Below are positions 24,978 through 37,797 of a DNA stretch of 64,000 nt, piece by piece. This DNA is from Squalus acanthias (lineage: Eukaryota). Location of the stretch: positions 21,268,001 through 21,332,000 of the forward strand of contig CM059433.1 of NCBI GenBank assembly GCA_030390025.1, read 5' to 3'. Each line of letters starts with the position of its first letter. Within the stretch, counting starts at the first letter, position 1. Made by a program: the position numbers and the translations under genes. The notes beneath the pieces were generated by a model that was not told the origin of the DNA, searched no databases, and saw only the letters and a list, made by a program, of their open reading frames with translations.

Positions 24978-25075
24978 ACTGTACTGGGGTGTCAGCCTCA
25001 ATTATGTACTCAATTCTCTGGAGTGGTCCTTGACCCACGGCCTTCTCACTCAGAGGCTAGATTGCTACCACATGG
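24978..25075 (-). mobile_element. SacSINE1-like head fragment
   Basis: Reverse-matches ~30475-30570 (gcctctgagt..gaagg, ccactccagag, ggctgacac). Confidence 0.65.
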
Positions 25076-27867
25076 CTTGTAGCAGATGTGCTTTCTGAAC
25101 TGATTCTTTCCTGCTTTGTCACTTCTGCCTATACTCATATTCCATAAGTTGTGCACTGCTATATATGTTTTATCCATAATATAGGCTAGATGTCGAATAT
25201 CTAAATTACAGTGTATGCAGCTTCTTGTCACCCTCTTTGTAATCATCCCTGTCTCTGTTTTAGCAGTCTTTTGGTTTGACTGATACAACTTTGCTCAGCT
25301 TTCAGACTTTATTGAGTTGCTGGATCTGCTGCCTGTTATACACCTCGCTGGATCTTCCTTTCCATTGACTTCAAATTCTACCCAGATGTAAACCAGAGCA
25401 TGCTTGTCCTTTGAAAGGCTTATATATTGCAGTTGCTTATTTGTGTTTGCTGACCAGACGCTTATATATATTTCTCTTGCTTTTATTTCTGAATGTAAAT
25501 CTTCAAGAAAGCCTTAAACAGTTTCAAACACAAGACCTGCTGGTTTCTTTTTATTCTGCAAGATAAGGAAACTGAGATAAAGGCTGCATTTAACAGTGCA
25601 TGTCAATTAATTGACACCTTTGGGGAACATTTCCTCTATTTGCTGTTTGTACCAAAATCATATACATGGGTATAAAAATCCAATTATGAATTTTTATCAA
25701 TATTGAAAAGAAGAAATCTCCCATTGTTGTTCAGAATGCCGCTTTACATGGAATGCTGTATTAATTTCCTGGACATTCTGATGGGAAAGCTATTGGTGAA
25801 TAAGAAGAATTGAGAACCTGGTGGCTGCTTTAAGGGCACAATTCTTACACGTTACTGGAACTCATCCATTAGTGGAGTAGAAAATGTAACTACTTCAAGC
25901 AAGGTTACCGTTTTGTTTGCAAGTGTCTTGAAATCAGGCTGTGCTATGTCGGTCATGAAAATGGTGTGAAATTCCTCTGTCCGCTATTTAACAAAGGCAT
26001 TGACCCACTTAAAATGGCGAAAAAAGGAATTTCAGCTGAACAAGTTAACATGTTTTCATACTAATACTGCACAGTACAATTTCAAGGTAATATTGTTAGT
26101 ACTATGATTCATTGTGATGGATGATAAAGGGACAAACATATCTTAATAGTAGGAAGGAGATATTAGAGTCTTCTGATGTTAGCAAAAAAAAATCAAACAA
26201 CCATCTGACTGGTACAGAGGCTGTTCCATCTTGAGGCTCATTTTTGTCCACTCCATCAAGCTTTATCTAACTCTCCCATGCACCTGCTGGAAATGAGGCT
26301 GGCTATGGGCAGTTACCTCATATTGTGTTGATGAAGTGGGACCGGTGAAAGATCACATGCGGTTTATTTTGATCAGTTTGACTTCTGAGAATACCTTCTA
26401 GTCTCAGTTGTCACCAAAGTTCAACAGCTGGCTTCATCTCGCAACATGGATGGAGGCCTGTGCCGCACTGTGGATGAAAATGGATGGTGCAAGGCTGACT
26501 CCTTTGACACAGCAGAGCCAGTGCATGGTATTGACATAGTCTTATGTTTATTCCTGGCCAGAGCCAAAGAATTGCATGGGCAATCTCTGATGAGGTGAGG
26601 ACCAAGAGTCACTCAGTAGTAACTGGTGTTAAGCTTGCAGTGGAGTCTTACTGAGTTGAGTTGGGAGTGGCATGGAACAAAGGGTATTCATGATGATGCT
26701 TTTGATTTCTCTCCATCATCTTTTGTAAATGTTGGAATATGTGTTGCAGCCTGTCTTGGTAGGTACATAAGGAAAAGCTGAGGCAAGTTGTAGCATGTCA
26801 GGGTGTCATGTTTGGGTGACAAGTGGCTGAGACACCTGTTATGTCCATCTGCCATGATGAAGATCCAACTATATTTAGTGCAGTACTTAGCACAGTGGAT
26901 CTCAGGAAGACACTGCTCAGTATAGTGGAATCATGCTGAGCTAAATAGTGCATTCGTTGATCTTGAAAAAGTGTATTAATTGGCACAGTTGTTTTAAGTG
27001 GGACAGTGGGAAGAGAAGGGGATGGGGAGATGTGTCAATCACTGCCTAGTTTGTTGACAGATATGACTGTCAACCAATGTTGGACAGCAAAGAAAGTCAA
27101 TTCATACACAATTGTCAATCAACCAACTTTAACAATTTATCTGAAGAAAAAACGTAATGCCATGAGGAGAACTTGAAAGAAAGGCTAGTATGGAGTAGAA
27201 CATCAAATGCTTGCTTTGTACTGTACAATTTATTGCTCAACTTGATTGATGCTTAGTGAAAAACCTGGAAGAAAATGATCTTTTATTTAGGCTTGGGGAA
27301 AAGTTACTGATGCTCAAATGCATGTCCAGGGCTTTTATGTTGCACAGGAGCAGGATGCCGCATGACACTGCCAGATGTCAAAAATATTTCAAAGGAAAAT
27401 CGCCCCTTACTATGACTTCCCAAAAAATAATGCAGTTCAGCTTAACTTCAGGGGTGTGCGGAGAATTCTGGCAGAAGAAAAAAGAAAGCCTATGTTTCAG
27501 GTGTGATGCTTTATCAGGACGGAGCTGGGGGTATTCAACGGTTTGTGGTAAATGATAAACATATCTGATAATTCTTTCATTATTTTTATCACAAAATGGG
27601 GAAACAAAATAATGAATTACCTCTGATCGTGATGCACCTGAAAGAGATACTTCTCACGACCGCAGTCTTTTAAGTTAAAACAGAAGCAAATTGGGATGAA
27701 GTTATATATTGTGCATTAATGCATTCATATGAAACTCCTTGTTCACTATTTTATTTTAAATAAATTGGTACTTTGTTAAAATAGTGGCCAGAAGAATTTC
27801 ATAGAAATGTGATTATCATTTATTGTGAGTTACCCTGATTGTGTTTGGGGATTATTCAGTACATGGT

Positions 27868-28445
27868 TTACATAGAATCATAGAATTTTACAGCAAGGAT
27901 GGAAGTCATTGCACCCACTCCCCTTGTGCCAGCTTTCTAAAGGAACTTTCCATTCAGTCCCCTTACCCTTTTGTTTTTTTCAAATATTTATCTATTTCCC
28001 TTTGAAAAACTATAATGGATTCTTCTTCCATCATTGTTTCTGGTAGGGCATTCCATGTCCTAACAACCATCTGTGTATAAAAATTTGTAACCCCTCTCTT
28101 CATTCTTCTTAAACTTATATACCCTCTAGTTGCTGACGCACTGACCACTGGAAATAGTCTATTTGCCTTATCGAAATCCTTTGTAATTTTGAACACCGCT
28201 TTCTAATCTTCTCTTAACTGTCTCTGTACTAATGAAAATGGCCCCTGTTTTTTCTAGTCTGTCCTTGTAATTAAAGCCTTGCATCACTGTCATCACCATG
28301 GTAAATCTTTTGTGCATTCTCTTCCGGGCCTTGACATCCTGCCTAAAGGAGGCACCCAAAACTGGACACAATATTCTAACTGCAACAGAACCAATGATTT
28401 GTATAGGTTTAGCATTACCTCTTTGCTTTTGTCCTTAATATCCCA
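27868..28445 (-). mobile_element. Degenerate CR1 3' fragment
   Basis: catagaatcatagaa tail. ORF 27963-28196 contains VVRTWNALPE and FQREIDKYL. Confidence 0.85.
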
Positions 28446-28957
28446 TTCTCTGTACATGCTCTATATTTCTGTTCAGAGCTCTCTCCCAATATTTCCACAT
28501 AATTGGTTTACATTTGACAGAGGAACAAAATAATGGATTTTGCAATCTGCTGAGTTTTTAAAAACTTTTATCTTGAGAAAGAGTACAATGCTGAGCACAA
28601 GAAATTGCTAACTTTGTGAGAATTGCTGCAACTGATAAACATCAGTGACCATCTTCCACCTGTGCTGTTACCTACTGGGCTTCTGGACTCTAATCCAATG
28701 AACTGTTGGCTTCTTAGCTTTACTCTGGTGCTATGTTGAATTCTGGGCAGAATTAAATATCATTACTATGCCAGCTTCTGAGCTTTAATATGACCCTCAC
28801 CTTCATCATTACTTTTTATTGAGACTGTATTCTCAGCTGGACTGGCGCTATTCACCCACCTGGCCTGCTTCTGTAGGCTCAGTTTCTGCTACTCCGCCAG
28901 ATCTTTTCACTCTACACTGGGCTGGCTCGGATTCATTCTTGCTGGTTTCCATTCTGT

Positions 28958-29523
28958 TCTAGGAACATAGGAAAATAGGAACAAGAGTAGGCCATTTAGG
29001 CCCTTGAGCCGGTTCCACCATTCAATGAGATCATGGCTGATCTGCGACCTAACTCCATATACCTGGCTTTGGCCCCTATCCCTTAATACCTTTAGTTAAC
29101 AAAAATCTATCAATCTCAGATTTAAAATCAACAATTGACCTATCATCAATTGCCATTTGCGGAAGAGAGTTCCAAACTTCTATTACCCTTTGTGTGTCGA
29201 AGTGTTGCCTAATTTCACTCCTCAAAGACCTGGCTGTAATTTTTAGACTATGCCCCCAGTCCGAGAATCTCCAACCAGTGGAAATAGTTTCTCTATCTGC
29301 CTTATCTGTTCCCCTTAATATCTTCAAACCTTTGATCAAATCATTCCTTAACCTTCTAAATTCCAGGGAATGCAACCCTAGTTTGTGTAATCTCTCCTCG
29401 TAATTTAAACCTTGGAGTCCTGGTATCATTCTGGTAAACCTACGCTGCACTCCCTTCAAGGCCAATATATCCTTCCTGAGGTGTGGTGCCCAGAGCTGCT
29501 CACAGTACTCCAGGTGTGGTCTG
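28958..29523 (-). mobile_element. CR1 LINE 3' fragment
   Basis: ORF 29076-29681 contains RPHLEYCEQLWAP, VQRRFTRMIP and VIEVWNSLP. Tail aggaacatagg. Confidence 0.93.
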
Positions 29524-29571
29524 GATGCTGTTCCCATGCTGCTGAATGATCTCTGCTTTGCTGCTATCCTG

Positions 29572-30325
29572 ACATCTGTCTGAGGCTGAACCACACTGTT
29601 TGCAACCTTGGTGTCATATTTGATCCTGAATTGAGCTTCCGACCACATATCCGCAGCATAACAAAGACCGCCTACTTCCACCTCAGTAACATCGCCCGTC
29701 TCCGCCCTTGCCTCAGCTCATCCGCTGCTGAAACCCTCATCCATGCCTTTGTTACCTCTAGACTTGACTATTCCAACGCACTCCTGGCTGGCCTTCCACA
29801 TTCCACCCTACGTAAACTTGAGGTTATCCAAAACTCGGCTGCCCCTGTCCTAACTCGCACCAAGTCCTGTTCGCCCATCACCCCTGTGCTCACTGATCTA
29901 CATTGGCTCCTTGTTAAGCAGCGCCTCGATTTCAAAATTCCCATCCTTGTTTTTGAATCCCTCCATGGCCTCGCCCCTTCCTATCTCTGTAATCTCCTTC
30001 AGCCTCACAACCCCCCGAGATATCTGTGCTCCTCTAATTCTGCCCTCTTGAGCATCCCTGATTATAATCGCTCAACTTTTGGTGGCCGTGCCTTCTGTTG
30101 CCTAGGCCCTAAGCTCTGGAATTCCCTGCCTAAACCTCTCCGCCTCTCTACCTCTCTTTCCTCCTTTAAGACACTCCTTAAAACCTACCTCTTTGACCAA
30201 GCTGCTCTAATTTCTCCTTATGTGGCTCGGTGTCAAATTATTTGTCTTAAAATACTCCTGTGCAATGCCTTAGGACATGTTACTGCGTTAAAGGTGCTAT
30301 ACAAATACAAGTTGTTGTTGTTGTT
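29572..30325 (+). mobile_element. L2-clade LINE 3' fragment
   Basis: ORF 29631-30407 is nearly identical in peptide to 21587-22303. gttgttgttgttg tail. Confidence 0.95.
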
Positions 30326-30455
30326 ATCCGCTTGCTTCCCATGGCCACTGACAATGTTTTGTTCCATTTGGCCTTCAGACCTTCTCCATCACCCTTGTCT
30401 GGATTGAGTTGGATTAACTCCTCAAACTTCTAATCCTGTGTGCTCCTGTGTGCTT

Positions 30456-30925
30456 GTCAGCTGTGGCTTAGTTGGCAGCACCCTTGCCTCTGAGTCAGAA
30501 GGTTGTGGGTTCAAGTCCCACTCCAGAGATTTGAGCACAAAAATCTAGGCTGACACTCAGTGCAGTACTGAGGGAGTGCTGCACTGTCGGAGGTGCCGTC
30601 TTTCAGATGAGACGTTAAACCAAGGCCCCGTCTGCTCTCTCAGGTGGACATAAAAGATCCTATGGCACTATTTCGAAGAAGAGCAGGGGAATTATCCCTG
30701 GTGTCCTGGCCAATATTTATCCCTCAATCAACACCACTAAAAAAACATTATCCGGTCATTATCACATTGCTGTTTGCGGGAGCTTGCTGAGCGCAAATTG
30801 GCTGCCGCGTTTCCCACATCACAACAGTGACTACACTTCAAAAGTACTTCATTGGCTGTAAAGCGCTTTGAGATGTCTGGTGGTCATGAAAAGCGCTATA
30901 TAAATGCAGGTCTTTCATTCTTTCA
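30456..30925 (+). mobile_element. SacSINE1-like (Deu-domain) tRNA-derived SINE, full length
   Basis: A box TGGCTTAGTTGG (30464-75) and B box GGTTCAAGTCC (30508-18). Central tggcactatttcgaagaagagcagggg...gtgtcctggccaatatttatccctca block recalled as the Deu domain. L2-like tail aagcgctatataaatgcag. Confidence 0.9.
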
Positions 30926-32109
30926 TTGCCCTACAGCTGCTCCTTGGACCAGGAGGCTCATCTGCACTGATCCTCTGGATTACACCCTTTGCCCTTCCCT
31001 CATCTCCATTGCTGTAGGTCCTTGAGTTTCACTCCCTCTGCTCCTCCTTCCTCTGCTGATCCAGTGGATCAACTAGTGTTCACTGAGGCCACTACGCACC
31101 TCCGCTAGACCCCTGGATCAACTTCTGATGGCTCATGGATGACTCTCAGTTCCTCCTCAGCCCCCTGATTCCACTGGACAACCTCCACAAATGCCTCAAC
31201 TGATAATTTGTCCTTTAAACAGCTTCTGAACACCCCCACCCATCCCCCATTCCACAACTGACTCACGAACCTGAACATTGTTTTGTGCATTCTACAAGCT
31301 GACTCCACACAGTCTAGAAGTTGACTTTGTCTCATCACAGGGACATTAGATTGGGTCATATCGGTTCCTCCATGCCCATGTGACCTGAATTCCTTCTGTG
31401 TCAATTGGCATGAGCATTTTGGTTGCCGCTCTAGACCCGAGCCCATTACTTGTATCTTCCTCTATTATCTTTCAGCCCCTCTCCGGCTCTTCTCTCCTCC
31501 CCTTCCTGTCACCAATCTTTCATTTCTCCCATCTCGGGTACTTTCCACCATCAATCCCTACCCCAACACATGACTACTCCTCTGCCTTCCTGCGCTCCTG
31601 CTACCCCATGGCTCGAATCCCACTTTAATAAGGCCATAGCTGCCCTCTGTGCCTCTCTCAGCACTCTCCAAAAGACCCATGGCACTCGTCACTGTTTCCT
31701 TATGAGCAGCAATCCCATCTGCCCCATTCTCCTCTGTGTCACTGATCTTCCTGCCCAGTCCGTCGACAGGGGGCTAACCTCACCAACCTTCTTCCCATCC
31801 CACTCACCCCACCCACTGTTGCACCGTTGGACTCAGCCAGCTTGCAGATTAGCAACTTTAGGCTGATTGCTCATTTCTCTGGACAAGGTGAGCTTGTCTC
31901 AAACGTGTGAGATGCGGTTGACTAAGCTAAATTTATCCACTGAACGTGGGGAGTGGGAGGTTGTTGTACAAATGGTTCCTTAGCTGCTAACCAGCAGTCA
32001 GTTATCAGAGGGTCAGTTGAGAATTTGATATTAAACTTACTACACACCAGCACAACTCTCCTGCTGTCACATGTCAGAAGCATGTTGCAGGGGATGTGTA
32101 CAGCTGCCA

Positions 32110-32895
32110 CACATTTTGCAAATCAGCTCTCTCGACTCCTTCATTTCCTCTGTGCTGTCAGGCTGCTTGTCTGACATCCAGTCTTGGATGAGCCGCAATT
32201 TCCTACAGCAAATGATTGGGAAGACCAAAGCCATCGTCTTTGACCCGTGCCACAAATTGTGTGCTCTTGCCACCTACTCCATCTCCCTCCCCAATTACTC
32301 AGGCTGAGCAAGACTGTTTGCATACTTGGCGTCCTCTTTGACCTCGAGCTGAGCTTCTGATACCATTCCCTTTCCACAATATCACCCACCTCCATCCCTT
32401 CCTCAGCCCATCTGCTGCTGAAACCCTCGTCCATGCATTTGCCACCTCCACGCTCAACTATTCCAATGCTCTCTTGACTGGCCTCTCTTTTGCCACCCTC
32501 CAACAACATCAGCTCATCCATAAATCTGCTGCCCCTAACTCATTACTGCACAGAGATCCCCTTATTCATCACCCCTGTCCTTACTGACCTACATTGGCTT
32601 TGAGACTCCAATGACTCAAATTTGAAATTCTCAACCATACGTTTTAATGTCTGCATGGCCTCATCCCTCCCTATCTTTGTAACCTTTTCCAGTGCTACAA
32701 CCCTCCTCGAATATCCGTTCCTCTGATACTTGAGTATCCTCCCTCCCTTTTCCCCATCATTGGAAGCTGTGCCTTCAGCCGCCTAGGGCCCACGTTCTGG
32801 AATTCTCGCTCTAAACCCCTCCGCCTTTCCAGCTCCCTCACCTCCTTTAAGGTTTTCCTTAAAAAAATCACCTCTTTGACCAAGCATTTGGTCTC
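32110..32895 (+). mobile_element. Older, frameshifted L2 3' fragment
   Basis: Peptide CLSDIQSWMSRNFLQQMIGKTKAIVF. DNA is collinear with 29572-30200 (ctgctgctgaaaccctc, actgacctacattggct, cctctttgaccaagc). Confidence 0.88.
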
Positions 32896-33959
32896 AGCCA
32901 CCGCACTCCCCAGAGATGCTGAGTGCGTTCAATATACACCCCGCCTGATTTTCCTTTCTATTGCTTTCAAGATTTCATATCAACATTTTGTAAATACTTT
33001 CAAATTAGCTTTAAAGAATGTCCCGTGAATCAGTTTAACACTATGAGCACCCTGTCAGTTTTTAATAGAATTCATCACTTGATGGCGATGAACCCTCTTA
33101 CATAAAAAGAGAAAGATGCCAAACTAATCATTTCTGTTTGATTAATGAGTCATTAACTCTCACAGTAAATAACTAAACAGAGTTAAAAGCCCATCAGTGA
33201 AGCAAACTCAGAGCCGATGAATGGCAAACAGAGCAAACGTCTTTGTTTTACAGCGTTTTCTGGCAAAAAGCTGAGGTTTTCTGTTGCTGTTTGAATATAT
33301 CATTGATTGCAAGTGATAATTGCTTGCATAAGTGTCAAACTACATTCATCAAATGTTGTAAGTAAGCCCTCACACGGAAGGGGTAAAATTGTATGCATGG
33401 GAAGATTTTTGGCTTATCAACAGAGAGGGAGAGTGACTGGGGGGGAGGGAGGCAATCACATATTCTTGCAGTCCTGGAGCCCAGTGTTTCAAAATTGCCC
33501 ATTTCTAAATAATTTCAAAAATACATTAATGACACAAACTGTTAAGTCAGGGAGAGACTTCATAGTCTTTTTGGGAGTTTCACTGCAGCTGGCTCCCTCT
33601 CAAAGATTATCAAGTGAGTAGGGTAGAACCTGCAATAAATAGATTGTAAATGGCAGGCTTTTTTATTTATTTTATTTCATAGAACATTCTAGACCATGTT
33701 AGGATCAAGCCAGTTCAGATATACTAAGAAAATAAACAGCAATTTTTGCATTCTCTTAAATCAGTAATTTTCTTAAATGCAACAATTTTTTTTTGATTTC
33801 ATATATTTAAAATATGAATCGAAATAAGCATGATTACTAAATCAGGTTTCTGGCTTTGCATCGGGTGAATTGCAGCATGCTGCTTGTTTTTGTGGCGTTT
33901 GAGGACAATTGTCAATCTTTTCCAGATTCAGTTCGCTGAATACAAGTCACTGAAGGCAT

Positions 33960-34330
33960 TTGCATAAATTGGATTTCCCTGAGATAGTTGATCCTGGTCA
34001 GGTTTTTGCTATTGGCCCCAGAATCATGAGAAAGGGAAGGAGAAAATCTACCAGGCTTCCTGCTCCTGACTGCTGTTTAGTGACCGCCCCCCCCCCCCCC
34101 CCCCCACTGCTGGTCAGGGCACGTGCGTGGACTTTGAATGAGGACAGGATCAGGCACTGTGATGCAAACCATGAAACAGGCTGCTGACAATCACTTGTTC
34201 AGGCTCAGGCACAAAGAATGGCCTCTTGGCCAAGGTATCAGACGACTGTTAGTATATATGGAACAGTACCCCAACAAGAATCAGTGACTTCAGAGAAGAG
34301 GGGAGAAAAATAGCGAGACAATTTGAAAAA
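33960..34330 (+). mobile_element. Family B SINE
   Basis: aaaatctaccaggcttcctgctcctga, gaggacaggatcagg, aagaatggcctcttgg, ggaacagtaccccaacaagaatcagt. Confidence 0.65.
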
Positions 34331-34389
34331 AAAGACAATTTTAAAAATCTACAATTTTCCACCACCTGCTGCAGCGTACCCTAAATATT

Positions 34390-34640
34390 TGAAAGAAAGA
34401 TTTGCATTTATAAAGCGCCTTTCACGACCTCAGGACGTTCCAAAGTGCTTTACAGCCAGTTAAGTACTTTTGAAGTGTAGTCGCTGTTGTAATGTAGGAA
34501 ACACGGCAGCCAATTTGTGCACAGCAAGCTCCCACAAACAGCAATGTGATAATGACCAGAGAATCTGTTTTTTTTAGTGATGTTGATTGAGGGATAAATA
34601 TTGGCCAGGACACCGGGGAGAACTCCCCTGCTCTTCTTTG
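34390..34640 (-). mobile_element. SacSINE1-like SINE, 5'-truncated
   Basis: Reverse complement matches 30675-30920 closely. Confidence 0.9.
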
Positions 34641-34824
34641 GATGTATATTTGCTTTATATCTCCCAGTGATAGGTTATCTACTGCTACTAGAAGAAGAAA
34701 GAAGTTTCGGAATATAAAAGAAAATTATTCTGATAATCGCGCATCGAGTTTCATTTTCAATAAAATGACACAGAAGTGCCTTCTTTTTCAGATGAAAAGA
34801 ATCTAATGCCTATTTTGATTCTAA

Positions 34825-34978
34825 GAGCTAGAAATTCCTCTCAGGCGGTGATGCAAAACGGACAGTATCAGATCGGCCGCCCGCAGTCAACGGAACTGAA
34901 TATCAGTCACTGCGTATAACGGACGGCCGATCCGATATCACCCGCTTTGCGCCACTGCCCGGGACGAATTTCTCGGCC
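34825..34978. mobile_element. ~154-bp hairpin MITE
   Basis: Arms gaaattcctctcaggcggtgatgcaaaacggacagtatcagatcggccgcccg and cggacggccgatccgatatcacccgctttgcgccactgcccgggacgaatttc are reverse complements, differing almost only by transitions. Confidence 0.85.
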
Positions 34979-35689
34979 CAGATATGTGTCACAAATAAAA
35001 ATTGCCCAGAAGAGAGCATTGTTCAAAACGTCTCGACAAACTAAATCTTGAGTCTCCAACACTTGTATGTCCCACCGGGCTTTCATATATTTACGTTTTT
35101 CTGCTCCAGCATGAGCGAAAAACATAAATTACAAGCAAATTTCTGTTTGCACCTTCAGTGTAATTACTCAATTTCACATTCAAGGATTGATTTCAGGGTT
35201 GTTTTTGAGCTGGTAACTTATTGGAGGCTGTGTCAAATATTTGAAGCTGTCGGTCAGCTATTGCTAGTTTCCTAGGCCAGCCTGCATATTGTATGACTGT
35301 AGATTTCTTCAAACCTTTCTGATCAGTCTATGCTGACCACATGGTATTATTGGTTACAAGGTTAGCACAGATCAATCAAAGGTGATCACAAAAACAAAGC
35401 AGCCATGTTTCATCCCTTCTCCAAGTCCGATTTTGTGTCCAGCCTCTCCCCTTCCCACTTCCAGCCCAACTCTCCAGCTAGCCTCATCCATGCCTGCTCC
35501 CAGTCCATCCCCACAGCCTCTCGCCTTACTTCCAACTCCTGGATGACTCTGTATGTAGCCTCCCTGCTGTGTGCCACATACCAGTGACACCAGACCTCAA
35601 CCCAAGGCTCAGCTTCAGCCACAAGATGAGCCTTCCACCAAACCCAGTGCTCCGACACTGACCCAAGGTATGTTTACAGATTTCCCTGC

Positions 35690-35960
35690 TGCAAATATAT
35701 TGAAATGTAAATGTATTAATATTTTTATATGCTTATATCAACAATAAATATTGCAATATTTATATTTGGTCATATATTCATATTTATAATTACATATTTT
35801 TGTAATTATAAATATAAAATGACAGTCCCTTCATGACCTCATATCCAATTATTACATATTTCTGATTTGTATATGTTCTATTTATATGGAATGGTAAATA
35901 TTCTGTTTCACCTTTGTTACACATACTCCTCTCATATGTCTAATTAATATATAATGAGTG
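35690..35960. repeat. AT-rich low-complexity tract
   Basis: Composition dominated by TA/ATAT/TTAT. Confidence 0.7.
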
Positions 35961-36462
35961 CCAGAAGAAGATGAAATGGGCAGATTTATTTATGTAATTG
36001 TGATGTGTGATGCCGTCCGTACGTATCAATTTACTTAGTTATGCACACACACTTAATTATTTATGTAAATGCAGCACGAGTAGTGCAAATCTATTTCTTT
36101 ATCTACCCATGGTGGATAAGGAGCACACTATTTATATACTTAATTTATTTTTAATTTTTATCCATGAGCAATGCGAAAGGAGGTTGACTAGTTTATTTCA
36201 ATAAATAAAGCATAAGCTGCCTCCCTTGGTCTGCCCAGTTAGAAAGGAAAGTAGAGAAAGGAAATAATATACCATGAGCAGACTAAATTGTTCACTGTTT
36301 CAGAAAGATTGTGACTCGTGCTCCACTGAAAGCAGTTGGCTCCAAGGATACTGTATTGTGCACCTGAATTTTCAATTGAGCATAACTCGGATAGTATGAG
36401 CACAGATTTGGTAAACAGAGATTGCATAGAGGTAGTGCTCAGCGACAGAAAAAAAACTTTAT

Positions 36463-37136
36463 GGGGGTGAAATTCCCCTCGTTTGCGCCTCCGGTGGGAG
36501 GCGCTAACGGGGCACAAATGGCTCTGCGCCACCCCCCCCCCCCCCAAGGCAATAACCGTACCTCCCGCGAAATTCCGCAGGAGGTTAGCGGCGGCGCTGC
36601 CGGGTAGCGCCCCAATCTTCTGTGCCCGTCATCTCAGGGTGCAGTGCCCCGGTAGCGCCTCAGAAGAAAAATTCGCATTCGCGCCCCGCAGCAGCGCCGG
36701 GCGATGTTACCGACTGCTGCAGGGGTTGCCAAAAAAATCTGCCGTTTTTAAAAATATTTATTTTCGGCCACTGGTCGTGGCGTCCGTGCAGAGTGCCGGG
36801 CTGATCCCGCTCCCCGGTGGCCCACATATCTAAAAATAAACCTGCAGAGCTCGCAGCATGGGGCCCGTCCCTTTAATTGAAGGGAAGAACCCCTGCAATG
36901 CGGCAACGCCACACTTGGCCACTTGTGGTGCTGCTGAGCACATTGCCCCGGATCGGGACATTCCCCACCTCTTGCACTTTAAGAGGGAAGTGGAGCGCTT
37001 GATTTAGCGTCCACTTCCCTCTTGGAAGAAAAAGTGGGAATTTAACTAATGTTTGAAAAGGTTAGCACCTGGCGCTAACTTTCCAAACATTTTTTACTTA
37101 GTGCCCCAAACAGCCCTCTAGGGGAATTTCATCCCC
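36463..37136. mobile_element. PIF/Harbinger-type MITE with TAT TSD
   Basis: 17-bp TIR GGGG(G/A)TGAAATTCCCCT with TAT on both flanks. CpG-rich interior with GGCGCTAAC/GTTAGCG motifs. Confidence 0.9.
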
Positions 37137-37229
37137 TATATTTATAAATTTTTAAGAATCACTTGTTTTAAAAAAGATGAATAATTTTATGTTTACTCTT
37201 TATTTCCAGTTGTAACTTTACTTTCCTAC

Positions 37230-37797
37230 CTAGAATCATAGAATCATAGAATAATAGAAATTTACAGCACAGAAGGATCATCGTGTCTGTGCTGGCCGAA
37301 AAAGAGCTATCCAGCCTAATCCCATGTTCTAGCTCTTGGTCCGTAGCCTTGTAGGTTACAGCACTTCAAGTGCATATCCAAGTACTTTTTAAAATGTGAT
37401 GAGTGTTTCTGCCTCTACCACCCTTTCAGGCAGTGAGTTCCAGACCCCTGGATGAAAAAACTTCTCCTCAACTCCCCTCTAATCCTTCTACCAATTACTT
37501 GAAATCTATGCCCCCTGGTTATTGACCTCTCTGCTAGGGGAAATAGATCCTTCCTATCCACTCTTATCTAGGCCCCTCATAATTTTATGCACCTTAATCA
37601 AGTCTCCCCTCAGCCTCCTCCATTCCAGAGAAAACAACCCCAGCCTATCCAATCTTTCCTCATAGCTAAAATTCTCCAGTCCGGGCAACATCATTGTAAA
37701 TCTCCTCTGTACCCTCTCTAGTGCAATCATGTCTTTCCTGTAATGTGGTGACCAGAACTGTACGCAGTACTCTAGCTGTGGCCTAACCAGTGTTTTA
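37230..37797 (-). mobile_element. CR1 LINE 3' fragment (same subfamily as 16177-16735)
   Basis: (TAGAATCA)n tail. Body is collinear and highly similar to 16190-16735. Confidence 0.95.

Noticed and set aside
30456..30530. tRNA gene
   Set aside because: A/B boxes are present, but the sequence continues as a SINE body seen in several copies, and I cannot build a full cloverleaf.
30926..31870. C/T-rich stretch as the upstream part of the old L2 at 32110
   Set aside because: The composition fits, but I could not read diagnostic motifs, so it is left uncalled.
35400..35672. Ser/Pro-rich ORF ending near an AG|GTATGT donor-like site, as a cryptic exon
   Set aside because: No convincing acceptor, stops interrupt the frame, and there is no recognisable domain.
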